Source of the DNA: an uncultured Gammaproteobacteria bacterium
Lineage (GTDB): Bacteria > Patescibacteriota > Microgenomatia > Daviesbacterales > UBA10151
Assembly (NCBI GenBank): GCA_964636275.1
Contig: CAZWRN010000003.1
Span: 4,423-68,422 of the forward strand
Length of the DNA stretch: 64,000 bases
Direction of reading: 5' to 3'
Both the position numbers and the translations under genes were made by a program. Under the pieces are notes generated by a model. That model did no database searches and was not told where the DNA came from. It worked only from the letters and a program-made list of their open reading frames with translations. This document shows positions 13,921-24,392 of the stretch, piece by piece. Each line of letters starts with the position of its first letter. Positions within the stretch are counted from its first letter, which is position 1.

Positions 13921-14988
13921 ATGTTGACAACTATCTATCAGTTATTACAGCTTACAATTGAAAGAAATGCTTCAGATTTGCATTTGATTGTGGGTAATCA
14001 ACCAACACTTCGAATAAATGGAGAGTTGATACCTGTTCAATCAACTGAAAAATTAACCAATAAATCTATCGAAGAGTTGTTTTTCCCCCTTCTGACACCT
14101 ACCCAAAAGCAAATCATGATTGATACTTGGGAGCTTGATATGGGTTTAGATTATGAAGATAAAGCCCGATTCAGAGTCAATATTTATCGTCAAAGAAACA
14201 GTTGGGCTGTAGCTTTTCGTCTAATTCCTCGAAAGATTCGTTCACTCGAAGAAACTGGACTTCCGGCTGTAGTTGGCAAACTGACCGAAATCAAACAGGG
14301 TTTAGTGCTGGTCACAGGGCCTACCGGACATGGAAAATCAACCACGCTCGCCTCTTTTACAAATACGATTAACTTAAACAGAGCAGCCCATATTGTGACC
14401 GTTGAAGATCCAATTGAATATGTATACCCTCAAGGTAAGTCTCTAATCTCCCAAAGAGAGCTCAATATCGACACTAAATCGTGGGGGAACGCATTAAAAG
14501 CTGCTCTTAGGGAGGACCCGGATGTGGTACTAATTGGCGAGATGCGAGATTTAGAGACTATTCAGGCAGCCTTAACCATTGCTGAAACAGGACATTTGGT
14601 TTTTGCCACTTTACATACCAATTCTGCTTCTCAGTCAATTGATCGTATTATTGATGTTTTTCCACCACTCCAACAATCACAAATTAGATTGCAACTGGGA
14701 TCTGTGCTGGAAGCAATTATTTCTCAAAGATTAATTCCCACCATTGAGCCTGGAAGAGCTTTAGCTTACGAAATATTATTCTCCAACTCAGCAGTTAAAG
14801 CTCAAATTAGAGAAGATAAAACATACATGCTGGACAATTTAATTCAGACTTCAGCAGAAGGTGGAATGATAAGTTTGGAATCATGTCTCGCAACTTTGGT
14901 TAGAGAAGGAAAGGTTACCACCGAAATGGCTGTTAATTATGCAGCACATCCAGAAGTCCTCAATAAATTATTACGTATAGGAAACTAA
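13921..14988 (+). CDS. pilT: Type IV pilus retraction ATPase PilT
   Basis: ASDLHL, GPTGHGKSTT, ALREDPDVVLIGEMRD, AETGHLVFATLHTNS; start moved to ATG 13921. Confidence 0.93.
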   Translation: MLTTIYQLLQLTIERNASDLHLIVGNQPTLRINGELIPVQSTEKLTNKSIEELFFPLLTPTQKQIMIDTWELDMGLDYEDKARFRVNIYRQRNSWAVAFRLIPRKIRSLEETGLPAVVGKLTEIKQGLVLVTGPTGHGKSTTLASFTNTINLNRAAHIVTVEDPIEYVYPQGKSLISQRELNIDTKSWGNALKAALREDPDVVLIGEMRDLETIQAALTIAETGHLVFATLHTNSASQSIDRIIDVFPPLQQSQIRLQLGSVLEAIISQRLIPTIEPGRALAYEILFSNSAVKAQIREDKTYMLDNLIQTSAEGGMISLESCLATLVREGKVTTEMAVNYAAHPEVLNKLLRIGN

Positions 14989-14989
14989 T

Positions 14990-16198
14990 ATGCCTCTTTT
15001 TATATATAACGCGAGAGATCTTGGTGGGGTTGATCACAAAGGAACTATCGAAACCACTGACTCTTCAGGAGTTGCTCGCATTCTCAGCAAAAAAGGGCTA
15101 ATTGTCACCTCAATTAAAGAAAAAAAAGAAACAAATCTAAAATTTTTTGAGAAATACTTCAATAAAGTTGCTTTCGAAGATGTGGTGGTTGCTACAAGAC
15201 AACTAGCCACCATGATTGAATCTGGATTGGTTTTGTCTGAGGCAATGGATATATTAGTAGAGCAACAATCAAATAAAAAATTAAAAACTGCACTTGAAGA
15301 GATATCACGTGACATAAAAAATGGTCTCGATTTGACATCGGCGATAAAAAAACATCCAGATATTTTTCCTCCTTTGTACGGAAATTTGATCAAATCCGCC
15401 GAACAAGCTGGAAACCTAGATGTAGTTTTAGTTCAAATGGCCGATAATATGGAGAAAGAACGAGAATTTCGTAGCAAAGTTCGTGGTGCAATGATATATC
15501 CACTGATTATTTTTTTAATGATGGGTGCTGTTATGGCCATTATGGTATTTTTCGTAATACCTCGTCTAACCTCATTGTATTCACAGTCAAATATTGATTT
15601 ACCCCTACCAACTAAAATACTCATTGGAATCTCTGATTTCGCCCTTAGCTTTTGGTGGGTTATGGTCTTGATGGTAATTGCAATCGCATTTGGATTAAAC
15701 AGATTATTATCAAATCCAGAAGGAAAATATATATTTGATGCCTTTTTACTTAAAGTCCCAGTGGTGGGTAAAATTATCAGAGGCACTGTTCTGACCAACT
15801 TTACTCGCACTTTTGGACAACTATCTTCAGCCGGTGTACCTATTTTAGAAGCTTTACAGACAATCAAGGATATTACCTCAAACAGAGTTTACAAAAAAGC
15901 GCTAGAGGATACATATTCAGGAGTAGAAAGAGGTTTAACTTTTTCCGCTCAGCTGGATGCGGTAGGAGTTTTTCCTAAAATTATTTCTCAAATGTTTAAA
16001 GTCGGTGAAGAAACTGGAAAAATTGATAAAGTAGCTTTTAAGTTAGCTGACTATTTTGAATCTGAGGTCGATAATATGCTTAAAAATCTAACAGTCTTAA
16101 TCGAACCAATTGTTTTAGTTGTTTTGGGTGTGGGAGTTGGATTTATCGTCCTCTCAGTCATATTACCAATTTACAAGCTCACGACCTCATTTTCTTAA
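14990..16198 (+). CDS. pilC: Type IV pilus platform protein PilC (T2SS F family)
   Basis: TRQLATMIESG, AMIYP, LPLPT, VGEETG, IEP motifs. Confidence 0.95.
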   Translation: MPLFIYNARDLGGVDHKGTIETTDSSGVARILSKKGLIVTSIKEKKETNLKFFEKYFNKVAFEDVVVATRQLATMIESGLVLSEAMDILVEQQSNKKLKTALEEISRDIKNGLDLTSAIKKHPDIFPPLYGNLIKSAEQAGNLDVVLVQMADNMEKEREFRSKVRGAMIYPLIIFLMMGAVMAIMVFFVIPRLTSLYSQSNIDLPLPTKILIGISDFALSFWWVMVLMVIAIAFGLNRLLSNPEGKYIFDAFLLKVPVVGKIIRGTVLTNFTRTFGQLSSAGVPILEALQTIKDITSNRVYKKALEDTYSGVERGLTFSAQLDAVGVFPKIISQMFKVGEETGKIDKVAFKLADYFESEVDNMLKNLTVLIEPIVLVVLGVGVGFIVLSVILPIYKLTTSFS

Positions 16199-16254
16199 AT
16201 AACTTTCTGCTTGACTCCATACCTGACTTTGTGTCTATATTAAGGCACTACAAA

Positions 16255-17154
16255 ATGGAACGTATAATTTTTGGCCTTGTTTTCGGACTAGTAATTGGCA
16301 GCTTTATTGACTGCATTGCAAACCGTTCATTCACAAAACAATCTTTTTTAGGCCGGTCATTTTGTGACCACTGCAAAAAAACCTTGCCATGGTACACACT
16401 AATACCTGTAATTTCATTTTTGTTTTTACGCGGTAAATGCCATTCATGTAAAGAAAGAATTAGTCCTGAGTCTACACTAGTTGAAATAATTATTGGTCTT
16501 TTAACGGCCTTTATTTTATTTACCTACCTGCCACTTGGCTTTTCATCTTTGCAGTGGGAAGCCCAGTTAATTATTGTATTAGATATTTTGTTCAAACTTT
16601 TTGCCATATATATCTTTTCAATTGTATTTATAACAGATATCAAAAGCGGACTAATACCTGACCGAATCACATACCCGGCAATTATAATTGCGGCCGTTTA
16701 CCTAATTACTAGCACCGCGTTTAAAACTGGGGTGTTTTATTTGTCGCTAAAAAACAGCCAACTTGGCCAGTATCTACTTCCCCCTCATTCAGATTATTTT
16801 TATCGGCATGTGATGAGTTTAATTGAAACAGTCGGCTGGACATTTGCATCAGGTATCGGGGTTGGGTTATTTTTTCTTATTTTAATTTTAGTAACCAAAG
16901 GTCGAGGTATGGGAGGTGGAGATATGAAACTGGGAATATTCATAGGTTTAATTCTTGGTTTTCCAAATTCAGTTGCTGCCATAATGCTGGCCTTCTTACT
17001 GGGTTCTGTATTCGGTATCGTTTTAATTCTTTCTCGAGTCAAAAAATTTGGCCAAACAATCCCATTTGGTCCTTTTTTATCTCTTGCCTCAGTCGTAACA
17101 ATTTTATGGGGAGATCAAATAATCAATTGGTACTTAAATTTTCGACTCTTTTAA
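16255..17154 (+). CDS. pilD: Prepilin peptidase (A24)
   Basis: RSFCDHC..L.WY.LIP..S.L.LRGKC..C, GMGGGDMKL, IPFGPFL. Confidence 0.93.
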   Translation: MERIIFGLVFGLVIGSFIDCIANRSFTKQSFLGRSFCDHCKKTLPWYTLIPVISFLFLRGKCHSCKERISPESTLVEIIIGLLTAFILFTYLPLGFSSLQWEAQLIIVLDILFKLFAIYIFSIVFITDIKSGLIPDRITYPAIIIAAVYLITSTAFKTGVFYLSLKNSQLGQYLLPPHSDYFYRHVMSLIETVGWTFASGIGVGLFFLILILVTKGRGMGGGDMKLGIFIGLILGFPNSVAAIMLAFLLGSVFGIVLILSRVKKFGQTIPFGPFLSLASVVTILWGDQIINWYLNFRLF

Positions 17155-17162
17155 TCCACTCA

Positions 17163-17192
17163 TTGACCCCTTGAAAGAAAACTTTTTATAAT
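17163..17192 (+). promoter_or_regulatory. Sigma70-type promoter upstream of the first pilin
   Basis: TTGACC-N18-TATAAT, 12 nt before ATG 17205. Confidence 0.6.
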
Positions 17193-17204
17193 GAAATTAC
17201 AACC

Positions 17205-17741
17205 ATGAAGAAAACAGGTGGATTTACTCTGATAGAGATCATGATCACAATCGCAATTGTGGCAATTACTTTTGGTGTAATTATTACTTCAGCCAGTAGT
17301 GTCAGAAAAAGTGGTCGAGACGGCCAAAGGCAAGCAGATCTACTTTCTTTAAAGTCGGCACTTCAACAATTTTATGCAGATCAAAATTATTTTCCAAACA
17401 ATGCAGGTACTACGACTAGTACAGACATAACTTCATGGACATCACTCACCAACTGTACGGGAGCTCCTACAAATCCCGCATGCACAGTGTCCAAAACATA
17501 TTTACAAACAATTCCAGTTGATCCTTCGGGTGTGACTTATAAATACAAACCTAAATTAGATGGTACTACTACCAACACAGCTTCACAATGCAATGGAACA
17601 ACCAATACCAATCAGTGCCACTACTATATACTTTGTGCAGATATGGAAGGAAATACCCCTCAATCTTCCAGTCAAAATAGCGCCTGTACTGATTCAACGA
17701 ATGGTTTTGGTTCAACCTACAATTACCAGGCTAACCCCTAG
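17205..17741 (+). CDS. Type IV pilin (GspG-like, probable major pilin)
   Basis: G|FTLIEIM cleavage motif, RDxxRxADL, PVDP, several Cys; own promoter. Confidence 0.85.
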   Translation: MKKTGGFTLIEIMITIAIVAITFGVIITSASSVRKSGRDGQRQADLLSLKSALQQFYADQNYFPNNAGTTTSTDITSWTSLTNCTGAPTNPACTVSKTYLQTIPVDPSGVTYKYKPKLDGTTTNTASQCNGTTNTNQCHYYILCADMEGNTPQSSSQNSACTDSTNGFGSTYNYQANP

Positions 17742-17777
17742 TTCACTTTAGCTTCACTTTATGGTACCGTTTAACTA

Positions 17778-18344
17778 ATGTCCAAATGGTTTTTACCCTT
17801 TTCTACAAAGTTAAACACTCAGTTAGGATTAACACTAATTGAGATCCTTATTGCTATTGTTATCATCAGTCTGATCGGAATAACTTTTTTTCCAAATTTA
17901 AGAAAGTTTAATAGTGATCAACAGTACCGAAATGAGTTAAGCAATTTAAAAAGTTCTATTGAAAGTTCTAAAAATATGTTTAGTTCGGGGACTTACTGTA
18001 CTACTGCTAAACCATCGACGGGTTGGTCTGTCGTAATCAGTATTACATCCAATATTCCCACTTCATTCAATCAAAAAGGTTCATGTATCACATCAGCAGG
18101 GGTGACTACAACTGAAAGTATTAACACCAATCCACTTAGTAATTTAACTTTGCAAAGTTCAAGTTGTGCATCTCCTGTTACCTCTATTGAAATGAAGTTT
18201 GATAAAAATGGATTTAGCTATGCTTGCAATGGAAGTAGTACTTTTATTGCAGGTACATTTAGTATGCAACTACAAAATAAAAATAACACTTCTCAAATTT
18301 CAACAATTTCTATTAATACGTCCGGGACTATCAGTCAAAATTAA
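17778..18344 (+). CDS. Minor pilin (FimU/GspH-like)
   Basis: G|LTLIEIL motif and hydrophobic helix. Confidence 0.8.
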   Translation: MSKWFLPFSTKLNTQLGLTLIEILIAIVIISLIGITFFPNLRKFNSDQQYRNELSNLKSSIESSKNMFSSGTYCTTAKPSTGWSVVISITSNIPTSFNQKGSCITSAGVTTTESINTNPLSNLTLQSSSCASPVTSIEMKFDKNGFSYACNGSSTFIAGTFSMQLQNKNNTSQISTISINTSGTISQN

Positions 18345-18347
18345 AAC

Positions 18348-18881
18348 ATGAAAGAAGCTGGCCAAACCTTAATTGAACTTATTATCTCAATTGCACTTAT
18401 CCTGATTATCATCACTGGGGTTACAATCCTAACGGTAAAAGGCTTACAAAACAGTCAGTTTTCCCGCAATCAGGTTCAGGCCACCAAACTAGCTCAGGAA
18501 GGAATTGAAAAAATGCGAACCATTAGAGATAACAATTATACAGTTTGTGGATGGTCAGCGAGCGCTAACGCAGTAGCTCCAAATGGACTCTGGAGTGCTG
18601 CTTGTCCCACAGCTTGCAGATACACCATTGAACAAACTTCTGGGACCTGTAATAGTACAATCACCTCATCTTTGTGGATCAAATACACTGCTAGTTCAAC
18701 TACTGTTGAAAATATACCAGTTGGCGGAGTGACATTTAAAAGGTATGTTCTGGTGAATAATGCCAACGACTTGTCTGGAACAGCCTCAACCAATATTAAA
18801 AATATCGATGTAGTTGTTTCTTGGACCGATTCCTCCGGAACTCATGAATCAAAAGTGTCTACAGTCTTAACCAAAATATGA
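18348..18881 (+). CDS. Minor pilin (PilV/GspI-like), set 1
   Basis: G|QTLIEL, ATKLAQEGIEKMR, C-terminal VVVSW. Confidence 0.8.
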   Translation: MKEAGQTLIELIISIALILIIITGVTILTVKGLQNSQFSRNQVQATKLAQEGIEKMRTIRDNNYTVCGWSASANAVAPNGLWSAACPTACRYTIEQTSGTCNSTITSSLWIKYTASSTTVENIPVGGVTFKRYVLVNNANDLSGTASTNIKNIDVVVSWTDSSGTHESKVSTVLTKI

Positions 18882-19498
18882 TGAAAAAAAGTACCGGTTT
18901 TTCACTAATAGAAGTTCTTGTAACAGTCACAATACTGACCATCATTGGGGTTGCCATATCAACTATTGTGACCAGATCTTTTCAAGGTAACAGTAAAACT
19001 GAACTAATAGGTAATGTTAAACAAAATGGTCAAGCCGCACTTGCTATAATGGAAAAAGACATCAGGGAAAGTGATACTGTCGTCTGTCCAATATCTGGTA
19101 CATCCAATTTAATAACTGTTTTAACTAAAAACCAAGGGATATATATCCGGTTTACGATGGTTCCAGAAGCAAATAATACAAATGGGGCCATTTATAAAGA
19201 TACCTTTACCTTTCAATTTCTACCCGCCAGCCCTGATAAACTTTGTGATCTCAATGTGTTCGCTCTCAATAATCAAGGAACTCAAACAGCTTTGATTGAT
19301 TTTAATTCAAAATCGGGAATATCACTTAAAAATGTTTCGGGCAATGGATTTACTGTGGTTAAAAATGCCGGATTTAAAGATACAGTTAAAGTTCAGTTTG
19401 ACCTTGGTCCTTCAACTACCAATCCGGCAAATTTTGAAGACTCATTAGGCGGAGCAAATAATTCGATTCCATTTCAAACAACCATACAGGTAAGATGA
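18878..19498 (+). CDS. Minor pilin (PilW/GspJ-like), set 1
   Basis: G|FSLIEVL, MEKDIRES. Confidence 0.8.
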   Translation: MMKKSTGFSLIEVLVTVTILTIIGVAISTIVTRSFQGNSKTELIGNVKQNGQAALAIMEKDIRESDTVVCPISGTSNLITVLTKNQGIYIRFTMVPEANNTNGAIYKDTFTFQFLPASPDKLCDLNVFALNNQGTQTALIDFNSKSGISLKNVSGNGFTVVKNAGFKDTVKVQFDLGPSTTNPANFEDSLGGANNSIPFQTTIQVR

Positions 19499-20430
19499 AA
19501 AACAACCAGTCAGGACAAATAATTGTGGTCTTATTACTAGTTATGCTAGTTGTACTTTCAGTTGTTTTGGCTATTACCCAACGTTCAACAACTGATTTGT
19601 CATCATCTACTGAAACTGAACAATCAACCAGAGCATATTCAGCAGCAGAAGCTGGTCTGGAACAAGCTTTACAAAGAGGAACCACTAATCCAGGAGCATC
19701 CCCCATTGCTTCTCAAACATTCAACCTATCAGGTAATTCATCTTCAGCCACTATCGTTAATTCAGGATTACTACCAGTCGCTGGAAGTCAGATTGCTATT
19801 GAATATCCACCCGTAGGCAGAGAGTCAATTGCTCAGTTTTGGCTAGTAGATGCTACTACTCCAGCCAATAACTATAACCGCAATACTTATGCTATCTACT
19901 TCGGAAATCCTACTTCTATAAAAGCTTATGATGATGCAGCTGGAGCCGGATCTCAAAACATTACCCCAGCGATTGAGGTTACTACGGTAAAACAAACGAC
20001 CAATGGATCAGCAGTCACTTATGAAACTCAAAAAAATTTCTATGACGCTCTTGCATCTCGAGCAGTTACAAATAAATTTGTTACCACCACATCCCCCTCG
20101 ACACCTCTTACATGTGGAGGACAAACAGTAGCAACAATTTTGAAAAACTCTAGCGAATTTCTCTGTCGGGTCAATGTCACAATTTTAAACTGTGATTTAT
20201 CAAATTGTGTACCACAATTGGTAAGAGTTCGTTTACTTTATGGTAATGTAAATCACAAAATAGCACTGGCCCCAGCTAGTGGTGCTTCACTGCCGCCTCA
20301 AGTTGAGCTATATACCTCAACGGGCAAAGCAGGTCAAAGTATTAAAACTTTACAAGTTTTTCGAATTAAAGATATGCTCCCCCCCTGGCTCGATTTTGCT
20401 ATTTTTTCTGTCAATGACATTGTGAAATGA
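19495..20430 (+). CDS. PilX/GspK-like minor pilin, set 1
   Basis: G|QIIVVLLL without Glu5, RAYSAAEAGLE. Confidence 0.8.
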   Translation: MKNNQSGQIIVVLLLVMLVVLSVVLAITQRSTTDLSSSTETEQSTRAYSAAEAGLEQALQRGTTNPGASPIASQTFNLSGNSSSATIVNSGLLPVAGSQIAIEYPPVGRESIAQFWLVDATTPANNYNRNTYAIYFGNPTSIKAYDDAAGAGSQNITPAIEVTTVKQTTNGSAVTYETQKNFYDALASRAVTNKFVTTTSPSTPLTCGGQTVATILKNSSEFLCRVNVTILNCDLSNCVPQLVRVRLLYGNVNHKIALAPASGASLPPQVELYTSTGKAGQSIKTLQVFRIKDMLPPWLDFAIFSVNDIVK

Positions 20431-20843
20431 AAAAAATAATTGGCTTCAACTACAATAGAGGGTTTTCTTTAATTGAGCTTTTATTAGTCATTTTAGTGGC
20501 TGGGATGGTTTTAGTTACCTTAACCAATCTGACTCCAGTATTTAATCTGCTTCAAAATAGCAGTCGTGAAAATATTGCGCGCCAAATAGTATCAAAAAGG
20601 ATAGAAGATATTCGTACCCAGGGTTATGATAATTTAGCAAATGGGACAAACACTTTTACTGACACCCGACTTACTCAATTGCCTCAAGCAAATGCAGCTA
20701 CCACTATTGAAGACTGTCCAACAGATATTTGCATTCATAGTGAACCAATCAAAAAAGTAACAATCCAGGTAGATTGGGTTGAAAACGATAAATCTCAGAG
20801 TTTTAGTATTACTACTTTAGTCTCTAAAGGGGGTATTCGATGA
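20427..20843 (+). CDS. Minor pilin (PilV-like), set 2
   Basis: G|FSLIELL, IEDIR, KKVTIQVDW. Confidence 0.8.
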   Translation: MKKIIGFNYNRGFSLIELLLVILVAGMVLVTLTNLTPVFNLLQNSSRENIARQIVSKRIEDIRTQGYDNLANGTNTFTDTRLTQLPQANAATTIEDCPTDICIHSEPIKKVTIQVDWVENDKSQSFSITTLVSKGGIR

Positions 20844-21424
20844 CTCGAAAACTACAAAAAGGATTTACTTTAATTGAGATTTTGATAGTTATGGCGTGTT
20901 CTGCAATCATTGGTACAATTTTAGTAACAATTTTAGTTCAGGGGAGCTCTATTTTTAGTGATCAAACCACCAAAGTAAATCAAAATCTTTCACTCAATAG
21001 TGCTAGCAATCAAATAGATCAAACTGTCCAATATGCTTCTCAAATATCAGCTAATTACATCGACGGATCTACTACCTACACCACCAGTGACAAAGTATTA
21101 ATTGGTAAACTTCCTGCTATTGATTCCTCAGGTAATGTTATTGAAAGTAAATTTGACACATTTATACTGATGCAAGATCCGGTAAACAGCGCCTATTTAA
21201 AAAAGCTGATTATTCCTGATCTTTTAAGTAGCAGAAAAAGTGAAGATATGACTTTACTAAACCAAATGACCTTTCTGCAATTTGTATATCTCAACGATAG
21301 TGCGGTGGTAACTACCCCTCAAACCGCTTCAAAAATAGATTTTGTTATTAAAGTGGCCGAAAAATCCGGTAACGGTATCAAAGAAAGCTCCATTAGCGGG
21401 CGAATAAATTTAAAAAATATATGA
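20840..21424 (+). CDS. Minor pilin (PilW-like), set 2
   Basis: G|FTLIEIL motif. Confidence 0.8.
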   Translation: MTRKLQKGFTLIEILIVMACSAIIGTILVTILVQGSSIFSDQTTKVNQNLSLNSASNQIDQTVQYASQISANYIDGSTTYTTSDKVLIGKLPAIDSSGNVIESKFDTFILMQDPVNSAYLKKLIIPDLLSSRKSEDMTLLNQMTFLQFVYLNDSAVVTTPQTASKIDFVIKVAEKSGNGIKESSISGRINLKNI

Positions 21425-23247
21425 AAATCAGCCTATCTGAAAATGGACAAACTATCATCTTTGCTCTAGTTGTACTTACAGTGGTAATTGTAGGTGTTTT
21501 GGTGATGATTTCCGGATCTTTCACCTCAAAACAAAACAGTCGCTATAGTTTGGATTCACTTGATGCTTCCTCAATTGCTGAAGCCGGAATAGATAAAGCC
21601 GTGGCAACACTCAATAAAACAGCTGGTCAGTATAATGGCGAAACTGAAACTCAGCTTGGAAATGGTTCATATATCGTAAAAATCACTCCGATCGATGCCA
21701 ACACTTTTCAGGTTGAATCAACTGGATACGTCCCGTCTGTCCAAAATTATAAATCAAAACGAACAGTTTCTGTCCGGGTGGAAAGAGGTGATGGTATGGC
21801 ATTTGCCTATGGGGTGCAAGTTGGGGATGGCGGCTTTAGTATGAGTGGCGGGTCCCGTATTAACGGTTCTGTTTATTCAAATAACGATATTAATATCTCT
21901 GGTGGATCAATAATTACCGGAGATGCTTATGTGGCAGGAGGAACTCAACCGACTGCTGACCAATTATCCACCTGTACCCCGCCAAATTGTCTTGATTATT
22001 TATTTGGTAAAACAGTTTCAGGAAATACAATTTTAGATTTAGCCCAAAGTTTCCGGCCATCTACAACTGCGGCTATCAATAAAGTGGCGGTAAATGTCAA
22101 AAAGTTTGGCTCTCCACCCAATGTCACCGTTCGCATATTAGGTGATAATAATGGTAAACCCAACAAAAATGATGTACGAACCTCAGGTACATTGAATGCA
22201 AACTTAGCTAGTTCACAGTATGGATTTGTTGAGATTGGACTTCTGCCTTCAGCCTCGTCGACTTTAACAGCCAATAATGTATATTGGATTGTCATTGATA
22301 CATCATCTGATGCAACAAATTACTGGAGCTGGCAAATTGACTCTTTAAGCGGATATACCACTGGTTCAGCCAGTTGGTCTCCCAACTGGCAGGCAAATGG
22401 AAATCCAGTTTGGAACCCTGTCTCTGGAGATTTGCTCTTTAAAACATTTATGGGTGGCAAGATCAACAAAATTGCTGGTATAGGATCCTCAACTATTAAC
22501 GGAAACGCATATGCCAATACCTTAACTGGTGACAATCCATCTGCCCTTCAAATAGGACTGGATGCTTATTATCAAACTGAATCAAGTATTAGAGTTTCTG
22601 GACAAAACTGTTCAAATAATACTCACTGTCATCCGGGATCACCTGATCTGCCAGCTTTACCACTACCTGTTTCAGAAGCCAATATCGCTGAATGGAAATC
22701 ATTTGCCGATGATGTAGTCCAAACAGGTGATCTAAATATACAATGGCCATGCACCACTACATTAGAAAAGAAAAAATATGTCGGCAACGTCACAGTTGGT
22801 GGCGGTTGTAGTATACAAATCGACACTCCTGTTTGGATTACCGGAAATCTTACATTAGGTGGTGGAGCCAGTGTCAAACTTAAAACAAGTTATGGTTCTA
22901 GTTCAGGGATCATTGTAGTAGATGGGGTTACATCACTTGCCGGAGGAAGTACATTAAAAGGCTCAGGAAGTACGGGATCTTATATGATGGTAATTTCAAC
23001 TAACAATAACCTGGTTAGTCCTTATGCGATTAGCATAAATGGTGGAAACAGTTCTTCTATTTTATATGCCCCCTATGGAGCAATCTATTTATCAGGCGGA
23101 AGTAATTTAAGAGAAGCATCGGCATATAAAGTTGTGATGGACGGTGGGGCTATTCTAACCTACGAAACAGGTGTTGCAAATCCATTTTTTTCATCTGGGC
23201 CTTCTGGATCATTTAGTGTTGTTAAAGGAACCTACCAAAGTAAATAA
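21421..23247 (+). CDS. Large PilX-like pilin, putative tip adhesin, set 2
   Basis: G|QTIIFAL without Glu5, IAEAGIDKA, Gly/Ser-rich beta-solenoid-like repeats, internal beta-rich domain. Confidence 0.75.
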   Translation: MKISLSENGQTIIFALVVLTVVIVGVLVMISGSFTSKQNSRYSLDSLDASSIAEAGIDKAVATLNKTAGQYNGETETQLGNGSYIVKITPIDANTFQVESTGYVPSVQNYKSKRTVSVRVERGDGMAFAYGVQVGDGGFSMSGGSRINGSVYSNNDINISGGSIITGDAYVAGGTQPTADQLSTCTPPNCLDYLFGKTVSGNTILDLAQSFRPSTTAAINKVAVNVKKFGSPPNVTVRILGDNNGKPNKNDVRTSGTLNANLASSQYGFVEIGLLPSASSTLTANNVYWIVIDTSSDATNYWSWQIDSLSGYTTGSASWSPNWQANGNPVWNPVSGDLLFKTFMGGKINKIAGIGSSTINGNAYANTLTGDNPSALQIGLDAYYQTESSIRVSGQNCSNNTHCHPGSPDLPALPLPVSEANIAEWKSFADDVVQTGDLNIQWPCTTTLEKKKYVGNVTVGGGCSIQIDTPVWITGNLTLGGGASVKLKTSYGSSSGIIVVDGVTSLAGGSTLKGSGSTGSYMMVISTNNNLVSPYAISINGGNSSSILYAPYGAIYLSGGSNLREASAYKVVMDGGAILTYETGVANPFFSSGPSGSFSVVKGTYQSK

Positions 23248-23340
23248 TTCAGTAGATCTAGTATAAATATTCAATCTGTTCTACAATAAAACTGATCAAA
23301 TCAGAGTAAGTATCTGCTCTCATCTGATTTTAACCGAATT

Positions 23341-24381
23341 ATGGCTGCCCAAAACCGTGTTGGTATTGATATTGGTGTCTCATCTATAAAGCTGGCTGTG
23401 CTCTCAAAAAACCAGGAAAATGCTCGTTTAATATCCCTTGGCCATATCCCCTCACCCATTCCAGGCATAGCATCGGAAGCAGAACTTGACTTAGAAGCAG
23501 TAGCAACAGCTTTAAAAAAATTATATGAGGAGGTCAATCCTCCAACTCGTGATGTAGCAGTCGCTTTACCCGAATCTAAGATATTCACCCGAGTGATTTA
23601 CGATTTACCATATTTGTCTGATGATGAACTAGCTCAAGCGATCCGTTATGCTGCAGAAGAGTTTGTCCCTATGCCTATGAAAGATGTCAATTTGTATTAT
23701 CAAGTCATCTTTCGTTCACCAAAAAAGGAACCAAACAGTCGTACTGTAGTTTTTGTAGTTGCAGCTCCAAAAAATCTGATTGATAAGTACTTAAAGGTGT
23801 TGCAAAGTGCCAACTTAAGGGTAGTTGCAATTGAAACTGAAGTTCTAGCTACAGCTAGATCTCTGGTAACTTTTAATACTTTTTCACCTACTACCCTGAT
23901 TATTCAACTTGGCGCATCAAATACTGACTATGCTGTCATATCAGAAGGGTTAATTCTACTTACCAGATCTATAGCCACAGGTGGTAATACTCTGACACGA
24001 TTAATTGCTCAAAATTTTAATTTTGAAGGTGTTCAGGCTGAAGAATATAAAAAAGTATATGGTGTCCTGGAAGATCAATTAGAAGGTAAATTATTTAGAA
24101 CTTTAAAACCGGTTATTGATGTGATCGTTACGGAGGCTAAAAGAGTAATACTGGCTCATGAGATGCAAAACAAACAGAGACCTATTAAACGCGTCGTTTT
24201 AACTGGAGGTGGTGCTAGAATGCCTGGTCTAGTTAGGTATTTTGCCAGTTTCTTAGGTCTCGAAGTCGCTGAAGCTGACCCTTGGGGAGCAGTCGAAGTT
24301 GATCCAACTTTAAAACAGAAACTAACAGCCGAAGCACCTTTTTACTCTGTTGCCGTAGGTTTAGCCCTTAAAGATGTCTAA
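23341..24381 (+). CDS. pilM: Type IV pilus assembly protein PilM
   Basis: GIDIGVSSIK actin-like motif, LTGGGARMPG, VAVGLALK. Confidence 0.92.
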   Translation: MAAQNRVGIDIGVSSIKLAVLSKNQENARLISLGHIPSPIPGIASEAELDLEAVATALKKLYEEVNPPTRDVAVALPESKIFTRVIYDLPYLSDDELAQAIRYAAEEFVPMPMKDVNLYYQVIFRSPKKEPNSRTVVFVVAAPKNLIDKYLKVLQSANLRVVAIETEVLATARSLVTFNTFSPTTLIIQLGASNTDYAVISEGLILLTRSIATGGNTLTRLIAQNFNFEGVQAEEYKKVYGVLEDQLEGKLFRTLKPVIDVIVTEAKRVILAHEMQNKQRPIKRVVLTGGGARMPGLVRYFASFLGLEVAEADPWGAVEVDPTLKQKLTAEAPFYSVAVGLALKDV

Positions 24382-24392
24382 ATAAACCACTT

